The position numbers and the translations under genes are program-made. Below the pieces are notes generated by a model that searched no databases, was not told the DNA's origin, and worked only from the letters and a program-made list of their open reading frames with translations. Source: a virus. Taken from it: 64,000 nucleotides of DNA. Positions 1 to 10,587 of this stretch are shown here, piece by piece (the first letter of the stretch is position 1; each line of letters begins with the position of its first letter). The stretch covers positions 62,142 to 126,141 of the IMG/VR virus record IMGVR_UViG_3300032797_000632. One strand, 5' to 3'.

Positions 1-90
1 CACAAGCGAGGAATTGTCCTCCCTTATCAAGGCCGTGGCCCCACGGGCGTTTGATGCGGTACGAGAAGACATGGTGGAGGAGCTGGCATA

Positions 91-687
91 GTGTTTTACT
101 ACCGGCTGACAAAAAAGGCGTCCCTCGAGCTGATAAACTATTTCAAGAAGTGCTTTTTCGCCTGGGAAAAGGGGCGGATTCAATTTGCGGACGGGCAAAA
201 CAAGATCCCGTTATGCAAGATGCCGGAGGTCATGCGGGAGGAGAAGTGGGAGCTTCGGACATATCCGGCGGTCCTCGTGGGGTCCCCCCGGGGCGATCCT
301 TTTCCAATGTCCATCAACAAGGATTATATGGACACGGACGAGACATACGGGAAGCCGGTCTACGGGTCCTATGTGGAAATGACCCTGCCGGTTTCCACGA
401 TTGCGGAAACCCGGGAGGAGAGCAACGACCTGGCGGACTTCTGCCTGATGATGATCCTCCGCCCGGACGCCAAGGAATATCTTCTCGGGTTGGGGATCGA
501 GATACCGAAGCCCCCAAGCCTAGACGGAGACTCCTACCTCAAGGATCAAACATCGGAGTTTGGGCTCTACCGGACGGACATAGGAGTGTCCCTGAATTTT
601 CATTGGGCAGAGATATTCGATCCGCTTGAGACGGTGCTGGATATATTCACGGATCCGGAGTTTGTGTCAGCGTTTGAATTGATATAG
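91..687 (+). CDS. Virion protein, possible tail completion/terminator protein
   Basis: 198-aa ORF with phage-like codon usage, upstream of the sheath gene; function inferred from position only. Confidence 0.4.
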   Translation: MFYYRLTKKASLELINYFKKCFFAWEKGRIQFADGQNKIPLCKMPEVMREEKWELRTYPAVLVGSPRGDPFPMSINKDYMDTDETYGKPVYGSYVEMTLPVSTIAETREESNDLADFCLMMILRPDAKEYLLGLGIEIPKPPSLDGDSYLKDQTSEFGLYRTDIGVSLNFHWAEIFDPLETVLDIFTDPEFVSAFELI

Positions 688-771
688 AATATTATAAAAG
701 AGGGCCGGCCACCAAACTGGCCGGGGGTTGCCGGGGCCCCATCCCGGGGCATGGAGGAAACATGGGATACT

Positions 772-1968
772 TTGACACTCTCCCGATCAAGATGCCGGGG
801 GATTCTCGGGACTTGTGGTGCAAGGGTACCGAAGGGCCTGCCCGGCCCTTAAAATGTTAAGGGATGCGTTGAGATCACGATGGATGGTGAGACCACAGTG
901 AGGACAGCGATGGATGCGGATGCTCAGGTCTTTGGGCACGAGGATTCCGCACCGGGAGCACACCTGCGAGGTGTTCTTGGCCGGGACTTCGACGATCTGG
1001 CGGGCAACAGCTTCTTCCGCTTTTTGCCTGAGAATCGTGAAGAACCCGAACCACGCCACATCCCTCATGGATTTGTTAAGCGATCTCCAACTATTCCAAG
1101 ATTTCATTTGTTCGATATAAATAATGTCATAGCTTTTGAGCAGACTGTTGGCAGTCTTAAAATGGAAGTCCCGACGCTGATTAGCGATCTTGGCGTGGGT
1201 ACGGGCGACAAGAATTTGGGCCTTGTGCCTACGGCCAGAACCCTTCTGCCTCCCATCTTTCCGACGCTGGCGCATAGCAAGCTGGCTCTCGGATTGTTTG
1301 AAGAATCTGGGGTTGTCGACGATCTTTCCGTCGCTGGAGGTAAAGAACGATTCGCATCCCACATCGATGCTGGCCTCCCTGCCCGTTGGTGGCATGGGTC
1401 GGGTAGGAACATCATCGCAGGAAAAGGAAACAAACCATTGGCCAGCAGAGGTTCGGCGGATAGTTACGGTCTTTATTTTTCCTTCGATGGGGCGGGAGAG
1501 GCGGATTGTGAATCGGCCTACCTTCTTGATAATCAGATGTTTGCCGTTGAGCTTCCATCCTGCCTGTTCGAGGGTAAAGGAATCGTAGCGATCCCGGCCC
1601 CTAAACCGAGGCAATCCTGGCCTATTGTCTCCCAGTTTCCATTGCTTTATTCTTCGAAAGAAACCTTTGTAGGACGAATCCAATCGTTCAAGGACATCTT
1701 GGAGAACTTGCGAACCGACCTTACTGAACTCGGGGAATTCTGCCTTCAGAGCAGGAAGTTCTTTCATCTGGGCATATTTATTGATGGATATTCGGTTTTG
1801 CCTGTAGGCGGAGATCCGTTGCTCGAGAGCAGTGTTATACAATCGACGGCAAAGCTCAAGCCACTGTTCGGCTCGCCGAATAGTTTGAGAATTGCCCTTA
1901 ATAGAATATCGGAAGGACTTTTTCATGATCCTTGCACCAATCCAAAATTCGCATATTACCTAAGGAAA
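772..1968 (-). mobile_element. tnpB-only (IS1341-like) element; putative omegaRNA overlapping the tnpB 3' end
   Basis: On the - strand the sequence after the stop codon ends GGGAGAGTGTCAA (TCAA at 775-772, a typical right end); TTGAT at 1973-1969 is a candidate TAM at the left end; no tnpA. Confidence 0.55.
787..1926 (-). CDS. tnpB: IS200/IS605-family TnpB RNA-guided endonuclease
   Basis: N-terminal CRRLYNTAL helix, RuvC-I IDVG, RuvC-II YIEQ, zinc finger CSRCG...CPHCG, RuvC-III RDLNASLNIL. Confidence 0.93.
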   Translation of the reverse strand: MKKSFRYSIKGNSQTIRRAEQWLELCRRLYNTALEQRISAYRQNRISINKYAQMKELPALKAEFPEFSKVGSQVLQDVLERLDSSYKGFFRRIKQWKLGDNRPGLPRFRGRDRYDSFTLEQAGWKLNGKHLIIKKVGRFTIRLSRPIEGKIKTVTIRRTSAGQWFVSFSCDDVPTRPMPPTGREASIDVGCESFFTSSDGKIVDNPRFFKQSESQLAMRQRRKDGRQKGSGRRHKAQILVARTHAKIANQRRDFHFKTANSLLKSYDIIYIEQMKSWNSWRSLNKSMRDVAWFGFFTILRQKAEEAVARQIVEVPAKNTSQVCSRCGILVPKDLSIRIHRCPHCGLTIHRDLNASLNILRAGQALRYPCTTSPENPPAS

Positions 1969-2041
1969 ATCAAGTGTTTAATGGCTATTTAATTATCGGT
2001 AGAGGTAGGTAGTTGTTTGGTCGAAAGGAGGTAGTAGAAAA

Positions 2042-2344
2042 GTGAATTACTGCAAAATATGTGGAGAGCAAATCTCCGGGAAGACGGGTCTTAAGAAGCA
2101 CCTGGAGAAAGTGCACCCCGAGGTGTCGAAGAGAAAGTATGAAGCGATGGAGAGGCTGATACCCGATGCGGGAATGGCGGTCTGGCACCGGCGTCAGGAT
2201 CTGCAGAAGGCTTTTCCCGAGCCGCTGAACATGGAAAAGGGGATCGGGGCGAACAAGAACTACCTCGAATGGATGAAGAAGTGGGGCGTCAAAGAGGAGC
2301 CGGAGATCGCCGAGCACTTCAAACAGACGGAGGGAGGTAATTAA
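2042..2344 (+). CDS. Small C2H2 zinc-finger protein
   Basis: CKICG...LKKHLEKVH motif; AAGGAGG RBS upstream. Confidence 0.7.
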   Translation: MNYCKICGEQISGKTGLKKHLEKVHPEVSKRKYEAMERLIPDAGMAVWHRRQDLQKAFPEPLNMEKGIGANKNYLEWMKKWGVKEEPEIAEHFKQTEGGN

Positions 2345-2346
2345 CC

Positions 2347-3666
2347 ATGGCGGAGAGAGCACCTGGCGTAATCGTAACCGTCGTCCCGGATGTTGCGGCC
2401 GTGGCCCCGCCGCTGTTCGAGCGGTACCCATGCATCATCGGGGCTGGCGAGACTGAGCTTCCGTACTACGACGAGAATGTCGAGAGGGCGGCCTACGGGG
2501 ACATCGACCCGCTCGCCCACTCGGGCGTCAATCGGATCCTGCAGATCGGGGACATTCCCGGGCAGGACAAATACGAGGAGGGCGTGGACTTCGTCCTCAC
2601 CGGCGATTCCGTGGAGTGGCTCCCGGGTGGCTCGAGGCCGGTCACCGGGGTGACATACTATGTGAGCTACACCACCGACCTGCCCGCCTCGGCGTTTCTG
2701 CCGAAGCTGTACTTCGACGGGAACACAATCATCAGCGAGCACGGAAACAAGACCAAGGTGGCGGGGGGGATCAACCCTGCGGTGGTCGCCGCCATCATCG
2801 CCCTGGACAACGGATCGAAGGGCGTCTACATCATCCAGCTCGACCCGTCCAAGGGGAGCCTCGATAACCAGTATCTCGATGCCATCGAGAAGCTGGCCAC
2901 CATCCAGGATGTGAAGCTGTTCGTCGTCCCGCTGGATGTGGACTCGGATGTCACCGCCGCCCTCTTTAACCACTGCGTGATCTTCTCGACCCCGCAGAGG
3001 AAACAGGAGCGGACGCTGGTGGTTCCGGTGGCCAAGAACACGGACTACGCCACCTTCCGGAACATGCCGTCGCTTTTCCGGCATAAGAGGGCGCACATTC
3101 CCGCCTGCTACAACGGGGAAGTCACCCTCATCGGATTCTCGGGAACCTTTAACCAGGTCTACGCCGGGGTGGCGGACATCGCCAAGTGGTGCTCGGGGGA
3201 CGTGGGCCAGACCTACTCCGACGAGCCCCTGTCCGACTTCCAGTGCATCGCCGATTTCACCGGCCCGCAGATCGACAACCTGGTGGGAGTGGGCGTGTCG
3301 CCGATCAAATCGGGAAGCGGGATCCCGAGGCTGGTGATGGGCATCACCACCGATGTCAGCACGGCCATCAACGAGGACCTCGGTATCCAGGACATTGAGG
3401 ACTATGTGAAGAAATACTGGCGGGACGGCATGTGGGGCATCTACCGGAACGCGCGGATCGTCCCGGGCTTCGCCGACCAGCTGGTCAACTCCTCGATCGG
3501 GATGCTCGAGCGCCTGATCACCGACAAGATCGTCACCGCCTACCGGGACATCTCGGCCATCCCCGACCCGGTGGAGCCGAGGAAATTCCGGATGTTTGGC
3601 AGAATCCAGCCCACCTTCTCCCTGCAGTGGCTGGATGTCGAGTGGGTGTTCTCGGCCAGCGTTTAG
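2347..3666 (+). CDS. Contractile tail sheath protein
   Basis: N-terminal APGV motif, sheath-like C-terminus (DPVEPRKFRMFGRIQPTFSLQWLDVEW), size and synteny. Confidence 0.88.
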   Translation: MAERAPGVIVTVVPDVAAVAPPLFERYPCIIGAGETELPYYDENVERAAYGDIDPLAHSGVNRILQIGDIPGQDKYEEGVDFVLTGDSVEWLPGGSRPVTGVTYYVSYTTDLPASAFLPKLYFDGNTIISEHGNKTKVAGGINPAVVAAIIALDNGSKGVYIIQLDPSKGSLDNQYLDAIEKLATIQDVKLFVVPLDVDSDVTAALFNHCVIFSTPQRKQERTLVVPVAKNTDYATFRNMPSLFRHKRAHIPACYNGEVTLIGFSGTFNQVYAGVADIAKWCSGDVGQTYSDEPLSDFQCIADFTGPQIDNLVGVGVSPIKSGSGIPRLVMGITTDVSTAINEDLGIQDIEDYVKKYWRDGMWGIYRNARIVPGFADQLVNSSIGMLERLITDKIVTAYRDISAIPDPVEPRKFRMFGRIQPTFSLQWLDVEWVFSASV

Positions 3667-3698
3667 GTCAGCAGGGCTAAAAGAAGGAGGAAAGGCAG

Positions 3699-4160
3699 AT
3701 GCCAGACCAGATTGATGCATTGGCGGGAAAGATAAGCCACGCCGTATTTTACGCCTACCAGATCACGGTCAACGGGCAGGTGGTCGGGAGCCTCCAGAAT
3801 TTCGGGGCGACCTCGAGCCAGGACGCCGAGCGGGTCCGCGAGATCGACTTCGCCCAGGGCACCCGGGTGCTTGAGATCCTGGCGGGCGGCACGGACATCC
3901 GGCTGCGGGCCGAGCGGGTCCAGCTGTTTCTCAAGCCCCTTTTCAAGGCACTGGGGCTCCCCGACGGGGAGTCCCTCGAGGACTACAAGGGCCCCTTCGA
4001 CATCCTGGAGACCGAGAAGCGCCCCGATGGGTCCAAGCGCCTGAGGCGGTACCACGGGTGCGTGATCGCCAGCTACGAGCGGGCGATAACCGTCGGGACG
4101 ATCCACATCGCCGAGCGGTGCGACATCGAGTGTGCCTGGATGGATGGTGCCGACTCGTAG
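3699..4160 (+). CDS. Tail tube protein 1
   Basis: 153 aa after the sheath; ITVNGQVVG...ERVREI...EI...FDI...YHGCVIASY pattern. Confidence 0.8.
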   Translation: MPDQIDALAGKISHAVFYAYQITVNGQVVGSLQNFGATSSQDAERVREIDFAQGTRVLEILAGGTDIRLRAERVQLFLKPLFKALGLPDGESLEDYKGPFDILETEKRPDGSKRLRRYHGCVIASYERAITVGTIHIAERCDIECAWMDGADS

Positions 4161-4172
4161 CGGTTCGATGAG

Positions 4173-4646
4173 ATGCCCAATCTGCCGTGGACTAGACACG
4201 CCGTATGGTATGCCTACGACATCAGGGTCAACGGGCGGATTGTGGGCAGTCTGCAGAATGTCGGCTCCGAATTCAAGCAGGACCTCGAGCGGATAAGGGA
4301 GCTGTTTGAGAACACGGGGACCCGGGTTCGGGAGATGGTCCCCGGCAAGACGGACATAAGCCTGAGGGTGGAGCTTATCCAGCTCTACCGGACCCCGCTT
4401 TTCAGGGCCCTCGGGTATGAGGTTTACAGCCTCGAGCAGTTCAAGCACAAGTTCGATGTCGTCGAGCGGGAACACTGGCCCGACGGCACGGTCATTCAGA
4501 GGGTATACCACGACTGCATGATCGCATCCTACGGCAGGACGATAGCCACCGCCACGGCCCATGTGGCCGAGCGGGCGGACCTCGAGGTTGGGTGGGTGTC
4601 CGGCGGGAAGTCCCCCCTCGGGGACATAACCGGCGTGTTCGGGTAG
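4173..4646 (+). CDS. Tail tube protein 2 (paralogue of tube 1)
   Basis: Aligns along its length with 3699-4160 (HAVxYAY, VNGxxVGSLQN, YHxCxIASY, HxAER). Confidence 0.8.
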   Translation: MPNLPWTRHAVWYAYDIRVNGRIVGSLQNVGSEFKQDLERIRELFENTGTRVREMVPGKTDISLRVELIQLYRTPLFRALGYEVYSLEQFKHKFDVVEREHWPDGTVIQRVYHDCMIASYGRTIATATAHVAERADLEVGWVSGGKSPLGDITGVFG

Positions 4647-4665
4647 AGAACGAAGGGAGGATGAG

Positions 4666-5169
4666 ATGGCGGACATGATGGATCCAATCGCTCAAATGTT
4701 TTCGGTGGGCAGGGCCTTTTCGGAAAAGATTGAGGTCCTGCCCGGGGTCCGGATCATCTTCCGGGTCCTGAGCCCCCGCGAGCAAATCGAGGTGGGCGAG
4801 GCTATGCAGAGGCACTCAAACGGGGATTCCCGATTCCTGGAAATCATGCTTCAAACACTCGCCCGGGCGATTTATGTGCTGAACGATGGCATGGCCCTCA
4901 TCCTAGATCAAACGGCGTGCGATGATATGGCCAAGACGCTGGGGCGCCAGCCGAACAGGGTGGACCAGGCGTATCACATACTTTCCACGAAAGTGGAAAG
5001 GCCCGTTGTGGAGCTTATGTACACGGAGTACATGGCGTTTTACGCCAAGCTCTACGAGGGGATCGACGAGCTTAAAAAAAAATTGAAGCCAGTCCCGCCT
5101 GGCGAGCAGACATCGAAATCTGCAAGTACTTCCGGGTCCTCCCAACCGACCATCGATTCCAAGACCTGA
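4666..5169 (+). CDS. Tail assembly chaperone (gpG-like)
   Basis: Between tube and tape measure genes; A9 slippery run at 5074-5082 near its 3' end. Confidence 0.75.
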   Translation: MADMMDPIAQMFSVGRAFSEKIEVLPGVRIIFRVLSPREQIEVGEAMQRHSNGDSRFLEIMLQTLARAIYVLNDGMALILDQTACDDMAKTLGRQPNRVDQAYHILSTKVERPVVELMYTEYMAFYAKLYEGIDELKKKLKPVPPGEQTSKSASTSGSSQPTIDSKT

Positions 5170-5474
5170 ACGATATCCAGAAGTTGGCGATGATTCACGC
5201 CATCGTCGAGAGCAGGGAGGAGGATGCACAGAGGGCCCGTATGCTTCTGGAGGAGATCAAGCCGTGGATCAATCCCTTAATGTGGAAAAAGATGGAGGAA
5301 TCGAAGGAGGTTCGGAAAAACATCCTCGAGTCCGAGGACTTTAAGGATCTTGGAGGCTGGTATCTGGACGAGGAGGGAAACTTGAAGCATCCGTTGATTG
5401 ATGATGATGCCGGGAAGGAAAAGCGACCCACAGAGGAATACCATCCCTCTTTCGGTCCGGCACCGGAGGCATAG
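5082..5474 (+). CDS. Tail assembly chaperone -1 frameshift extension (gpGT-like)
   Basis: The -1 frame is open from the A9 run (IEASPAWRADIEICKYFRVLPTDHRFQDL...) into ORF 5184-5474. Confidence 0.75.
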   Translation: MEASPAWRADIEICKYFRVLPTDHRFQDLNDIQKLAMIHAIVESREEDAQRARMLLEEIKPWINPLMWKKMEESKEVRKNILESEDFKDLGGWYLDEEGNLKHPLIDDDAGKEKRPTEEYHPSFGPAPEA

Positions 5475-5477
5475 TCG

Positions 5478-7985
5478 ATGCCAGAGGTAAGAGCAGAGGA
5501 GCTTGTCGTTTTCAAGCCCGACAAGGCGGGGCTTGCTCAGACGCAAGCGGCGATCATCGCGCTTGAGGGTACGCGCAAGAAGTTCCTCGAGGACCAAAGA
5601 AAGATCATCGATGTGATGTCCAAGCAGGTGGGCGGGCAACTCAAGGGCCTCGAGGATCTCACTAAAAAAGAAAGGGAGCGGAGGGACAATGTCCGTGCCA
5701 TACACGGGATAATGGGGATGATCGCCCGGGATAATGCCGAGTTGGGCGGGCAGATAGGGGAGTATCTGGAGCGGGTGAAGGAATCCACGGCGGAGGGTAA
5801 GGAGGGAGCCGTGGAGGCGGCCCAGGCCGAGCGAGAGCGTGCACAGGCGATATTGAGCACATTGGACATGATCGATGGATTGATCGAAGGCGAGAAGGGG
5901 ATCAATCGGGAGCAGGAGGAGTATCTAAACAGGCAGAAGCAAGAGTTGATGGGGGCCAAAGATATATACGAGGTGCAGAGCAAGAAACGGGAGATCAGCA
6001 AAAAGCTCGGGGTGGAGCATAAGAGGGAAACGGATCTTCTGCTGAAGGATCTCGGGCTAGTCAAGCAAAAAACGGTGATTGACGAAAAGGATGCAAAGAT
6101 AATAAAGGAAAGAATTAAGGGTTTGAGTATAGAACAACAATGGGCGTTTAGGTCCGCCCAACTGCAGGCCCAAACAATGCGGATCACGGAGTTTCAGGGG
6201 ATGAGGCTTGAGACGGTGAATGGTCTGACGGGGGCTATCAACAAGAAGACGGGGGAATGGTACGGCACGATGGCCAAGATGGGAGTATGGGGGCTAGTGG
6301 CTGCGGCGGTGGCGGGTGTGGCGAGGCACATGCAGATGATGGCGGCGGGAGGTATGCAGGTGAGCGCCCACATGAGGCAGGGGGCGGTTGATGCTGAGCA
6401 AATGGTCAATTGGACGGGGAAGATGCAGCTGGACTTCGGCATGGGGAGGGATGAGGTTCTCGGGCTGACACAGTCGCTATCCGAGGCTGGCATGAACTTG
6501 ACAGAGATAGATGGCGAGATGGAAAAGATATATGCTCGCCAATTTTTATGGGGAGTGGAGACGGGAAAACAGGTAGAGATGATTCGCCATATTCAGTACA
6601 ACACCCGGACGACCGCCAGCGAGGCAAGCGGGTTGCTGGATATTGCGATAGCTACTGGCAGGGAGCTCGATGCTTGGTCGGTGGAAGAGGTCGTAACCCA
6701 GATGGGGATTTTCACAAAGGATCTTCGTGGTGGGAAGATGGATGCCCTAACCACGATGGCACTTTTCAAAACCATAGCTGCTACGGCGGAGACCGTCGGG
6801 GGCCACATGAATGTGTTCGCTGGCATGTCCAAGGATGCCCGGACGACGATAATGGGCATGGTAGGAAACATGGAGGAGATGAGTGCACAGCAGTTAGTGT
6901 TCATAGCACAGAACTACAAGTTTCCCGAGGGTATAAAGGGGGCGGCGGAGCAGGTCCAATACCTGCGGAAGGCGTTCCAGGGGCTGGCCATTGATGAGGC
7001 GACTGGAAAACCTATTGATGCCATGAGGGCCAAGGCCGAGGCTCTCGGATCAATATTAAAGACGACCATGGGAATGATGCCAAAGACGGCAGGTCCAATG
7101 CAGGTGGAGTTTCGCATGACGGAGCTGATGACCAGAATGTTTCCCGATTTGGCGAAGGTCGCCCCGGAGATGGCCTCGAAGCTAGTCCCGCTCATACCGC
7201 TCATGGAGAGCGGGAAAAACATTCAGGATGAGTTGCTGGCCGTTTACAAGGATGCGGAGGCCAAGGTTCCCAACCAGCAAAAGATAGCGCAAGATCAGCT
7301 TGATGAGGCGAAAAAAACCTCGTTTTACTCCATGGGGATAAAGGAGATGCTGGCGAGGCTTGTCGGGTTGGTTGCTTCGATAATATCCAAATTCCCGGGC
7401 CTAGGGGGGCTACAAGAGGAAATAGGCAAATTGCAAGAGCAATACCAGGAAACCGGAGAACCCATAATGCGCTACAGGTTGGGGGAAGAGTTGTATGAAA
7501 AAGTTGGGGATGAGATGAAGAAGGTGACTGCCAAAAGGGAGGATATTGTAAAGGCGTCCGGCGTGCCCGTGGCTGAGGTGCAGGTTGCATCGTTGGCTGC
7601 CGCCGTCGCCGCAGGGGGCAAAGGAAAGATAGGGGAACCAGCGAAGAGCGAGGCTACCGCCAAGGAGATGATAGCTGCACTCGAGAAAACATTAGAGGCA
7701 AAGGCAAGGGAATTAAGAATGCTAGCCGCTCCCAAACCCGGCGAAGGCTTTGGTGGTGAGGGAATACAACGATTGCCAGAAAAGGGCAAGCGGGAATTAG
7801 CGAACATAATTCAGGCGGTGGCCTTAGTGAAACACGAGACCCCGCTGGAGCTTCAAACCAGAATGAGGATAAATTTGGATCTGACCAGCTACTACGACCC
7901 ACGCAAGCAAGAGCATATAATCGAGCAGAAGGACACAAGGGGCAAACAGAGCAGGGTGGCAAAGGGAGGTAGCAGAAAACCATGA
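5478..7985 (+). CDS. Tape measure protein
   Basis: 835 aa, helical, Ala/Glu/Lys/Met-rich, directly after the chaperones. Confidence 0.8.
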   Translation: MPEVRAEELVVFKPDKAGLAQTQAAIIALEGTRKKFLEDQRKIIDVMSKQVGGQLKGLEDLTKKERERRDNVRAIHGIMGMIARDNAELGGQIGEYLERVKESTAEGKEGAVEAAQAERERAQAILSTLDMIDGLIEGEKGINREQEEYLNRQKQELMGAKDIYEVQSKKREISKKLGVEHKRETDLLLKDLGLVKQKTVIDEKDAKIIKERIKGLSIEQQWAFRSAQLQAQTMRITEFQGMRLETVNGLTGAINKKTGEWYGTMAKMGVWGLVAAAVAGVARHMQMMAAGGMQVSAHMRQGAVDAEQMVNWTGKMQLDFGMGRDEVLGLTQSLSEAGMNLTEIDGEMEKIYARQFLWGVETGKQVEMIRHIQYNTRTTASEASGLLDIAIATGRELDAWSVEEVVTQMGIFTKDLRGGKMDALTTMALFKTIAATAETVGGHMNVFAGMSKDARTTIMGMVGNMEEMSAQQLVFIAQNYKFPEGIKGAAEQVQYLRKAFQGLAIDEATGKPIDAMRAKAEALGSILKTTMGMMPKTAGPMQVEFRMTELMTRMFPDLAKVAPEMASKLVPLIPLMESGKNIQDELLAVYKDAEAKVPNQQKIAQDQLDEAKKTSFYSMGIKEMLARLVGLVASIISKFPGLGGLQEEIGKLQEQYQETGEPIMRYRLGEELYEKVGDEMKKVTAKREDIVKASGVPVAEVQVASLAAAVAAGGKGKIGEPAKSEATAKEMIAALEKTLEAKARELRMLAAPKPGEGFGGEGIQRLPEKGKRELANIIQAVALVKHETPLELQTRMRINLDLTSYYDPRKQEHIIEQKDTRGKQSRVAKGGSRKP

Positions 7986-8728
7986 GCCTTGTCGAAAGCC
8001 TCGAGTTCCGCATTTATACTGCCGACGCTGTGGTGGAGGCCAAGGGTAATATGGAGTTGGCCACACAGGTGAAGGGATCGCCTGTGGTGCTACTGGTTAA
8101 TCCCAAGGAGATCCGGTGGGAGAAGCCGAGGATCGTCGAGAAGACCACCACGCAAAAGCCGGGCCGTTTCATATACGCCGACTGGGGACTGGATGTGCCT
8201 AAGCTCGAGATATCTGGACAGACTGGAAACCTTCTGCTGGACGATACGGACAAAAACCAGAAGGACCAACTGGTTAGGGCGGTCATGCTACAAATAGGTG
8301 CGGTGACGGCCCGTATACCAACGGGGCAAACCGAGGGATCGTCCATGGTGTCGGGAGGATTGTCGTCGACACTAGAGAAGATGCCCGTGGGCGAGCTGAT
8401 AGAATATCTACCCTATTCGCAGATACTGGCACTAAGCCCCAAATACAATAAATTCAAGGATTTGGAGTCCCTTTATTCGATGCTGGATGCCAACCAGCAG
8501 ATTATGGTTTTGATCATCGGCCAGGAATACCACCGGGGGATAATAACCAACTTTGGCTTCACGCAGTCCGTCGACAGCCCGTGGAACTGGAACTATTCGA
8601 TAACCTTTGAAATCATAGAGCCCCGAATATGGAAGTCGTCCGGCGTATGGGCGGTGAGTATCGAGCGCACGGACAAGGGAGTCGTGGAGACGCACCGGGA
8701 GCAGTATGTCATCAAGGAGAAATTGTGA
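7982..8728 (+). CDS. Baseplate/tube initiator-like protein
   Basis: LLVNPKEI...LEISGQTG...GIITNFGFTQS..PWNWNYSITF pattern; position after the tape measure gene. Confidence 0.6.
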   Translation: MSLVESLEFRIYTADAVVEAKGNMELATQVKGSPVVLLVNPKEIRWEKPRIVEKTTTQKPGRFIYADWGLDVPKLEISGQTGNLLLDDTDKNQKDQLVRAVMLQIGAVTARIPTGQTEGSSMVSGGLSSTLEKMPVGELIEYLPYSQILALSPKYNKFKDLESLYSMLDANQQIMVLIIGQEYHRGIITNFGFTQSVDSPWNWNYSITFEIIEPRIWKSSGVWAVSIERTDKGVVETHREQYVIKEKL

Positions 8729-10572
8729 GGCAGGACAAGAACCTGATCGATGTGCTTTCTCCGTTGGAGATTGGGCCTAACTGGGCGATGAAGTCCTCCT
8801 ACACGATTCCAGACAACATGGTGTCGACCGACTTCTTTGTATACTTCGACTTCCTCCGGGGGGTGACCCGCAAATCCGGAAGCGGCGTGGTGGACAAGGA
8901 CAGCTCTAAAGAGCTGTTTTCCGAATGGATCAAGGGCTTCAAAAAATACCTGCAGGTGTTTGCCACGAACAAATGTTACAAATTAATGATGGCGGCTGGA
9001 GAGGCCGATAGCCTGACGGTGGATCAAATGCAGCATTTGATGAATATGGTCCTCAATGGGTTCGTTTCAGGGGTAACAGTGACGAGCCAGAGGAGCGGTC
9101 CATCGACGGCGTCCATTGATCTATCTCCCCATATGTTCCGGGGTTCCGCAACCATTCCGAAGACATACAACGATCCGATATTATTCAAGATGCTCGGGAG
9201 CAATCCAGATATATTCCTCCAGCTCTTGACCCCCCATACCTATGTCTATATCTACGCCGGGGGAAGGGTGTTCTCGAAGCGTTATTTCCCCATATTTCAT
9301 GGGCTGATCAATGAGGTCGAGCTCAAGAATGACAAGGGGATCGAGAGCGTAAGTGTAGAGTGCGAGGATGTCAGCAAGCTTCTCCGGCTGGCACACGCCA
9401 ACATCTCGCCGGCGATAGTGGATGTCAAAACACCGAAGGAGATGGCATCAAGAAACCCAAACTTCTGGGGCGAAGCATTTCGGGAAGAGGAAGCGGATCA
9501 AATCGTGGCGAAAATGATATGCGGAAGCAACCCGGTGGCCGTGTCGGACCGCGAATCCATTCAGGCTGATCGGGTGCAGATATACTTTAACGATGCCAAT
9601 GCTCAGGACGGGGTGGCCGGGATCGGGATTCTCGATTATATGCTATTCAAGAACAGTGCCAACATATACGACGAGCTATGGAGATCCACCATTCTAAAAA
9701 ACGACTGGAATGCGTTCCCTCTCGAGAAGATGCGGGGAAATAGGTTGTTCGTCCCGTGGGGGGTGAAATCATCCCCCTACCGCCAGATCAAAAGCCCGAA
9801 CCTGCCCATGTGGGATTCTGGATTAGAGCTCAAGCTGGATGTTTGCAGGGCGGTCAAGACGAAGATGTACGGGGAGTTTTACGCCGATCCGATGGGGAAT
9901 TTCTGGTTCCACCCCATGCGACTGGGAGCCGATTTTATCACCGCCCCCATAATCGAGAATCACATTAAACACCAGGATGTTATATCAAAAGCCGGAGTAT
10001 ATGTGATCGACCAGGACGAGATCATAACCACTTCCCGAAGCTTCAACGACGACGGGATATGCACCCATTTGGGATTCAGCGGGGTCTACAAGCTGTTCGG
10101 GCAGCAGGATGTGAATTTCGACCTTCAGCTGGGACTGGGAGCCCCGATCTCAATGAGGGAAAGATACGGGATGAGATACCAGACCCATACGGAGGAGCTG
10201 ATAAACGACAGGGACCTGCTCAAGATAGCCTCCTTCGCCCACATCCAACTCAAAAACGCCGACCTGTACAACTGCGGGGTGACCATCCCCCTGCGCCCGG
10301 AGCTTCAGATAGCGAGGCCAGTCCTGCTCCTTGACCGGGGGGAGATATTTTACATAAACAGCGTGAGCCACAACATCAGGGTCGGGTCGATTCCGACGAC
10401 CAATCTCGGACTGACATTCGGAAGATCGATCAAGGCACAGGAGTACGATTTCATATCGTGGTTGATCCAGACCGATCAATTCATTCCGATGGACATACAG
10501 GAGTATGTGAAAAAACTGGAGACTATGGCCGGGTGGGAGTTTGTGATGGCGGGCGAGCAAGGCAAGAAGTAG
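8725..10572 (+). CDS. Baseplate hub protein (late control D/gp27-like)
   Basis: GTG start after AAGGAG; EFYADPMGNFWFHP, RYGMR, TIPLRPELQIARPV, YINSVSHNI motifs. Confidence 0.7.
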   Translation: MRQDKNLIDVLSPLEIGPNWAMKSSYTIPDNMVSTDFFVYFDFLRGVTRKSGSGVVDKDSSKELFSEWIKGFKKYLQVFATNKCYKLMMAAGEADSLTVDQMQHLMNMVLNGFVSGVTVTSQRSGPSTASIDLSPHMFRGSATIPKTYNDPILFKMLGSNPDIFLQLLTPHTYVYIYAGGRVFSKRYFPIFHGLINEVELKNDKGIESVSVECEDVSKLLRLAHANISPAIVDVKTPKEMASRNPNFWGEAFREEEADQIVAKMICGSNPVAVSDRESIQADRVQIYFNDANAQDGVAGIGILDYMLFKNSANIYDELWRSTILKNDWNAFPLEKMRGNRLFVPWGVKSSPYRQIKSPNLPMWDSGLELKLDVCRAVKTKMYGEFYADPMGNFWFHPMRLGADFITAPIIENHIKHQDVISKAGVYVIDQDEIITTSRSFNDDGICTHLGFSGVYKLFGQQDVNFDLQLGLGAPISMRERYGMRYQTHTEELINDRDLLKIASFAHIQLKNADLYNCGVTIPLRPELQIARPVLLLDRGEIFYINSVSHNIRVGSIPTTNLGLTFGRSIKAQEYDFISWLIQTDQFIPMDIQEYVKKLETMAGWEFVMAGEQGKK

Positions 10573-10587
10573 GATCGGGGAAGGCGA

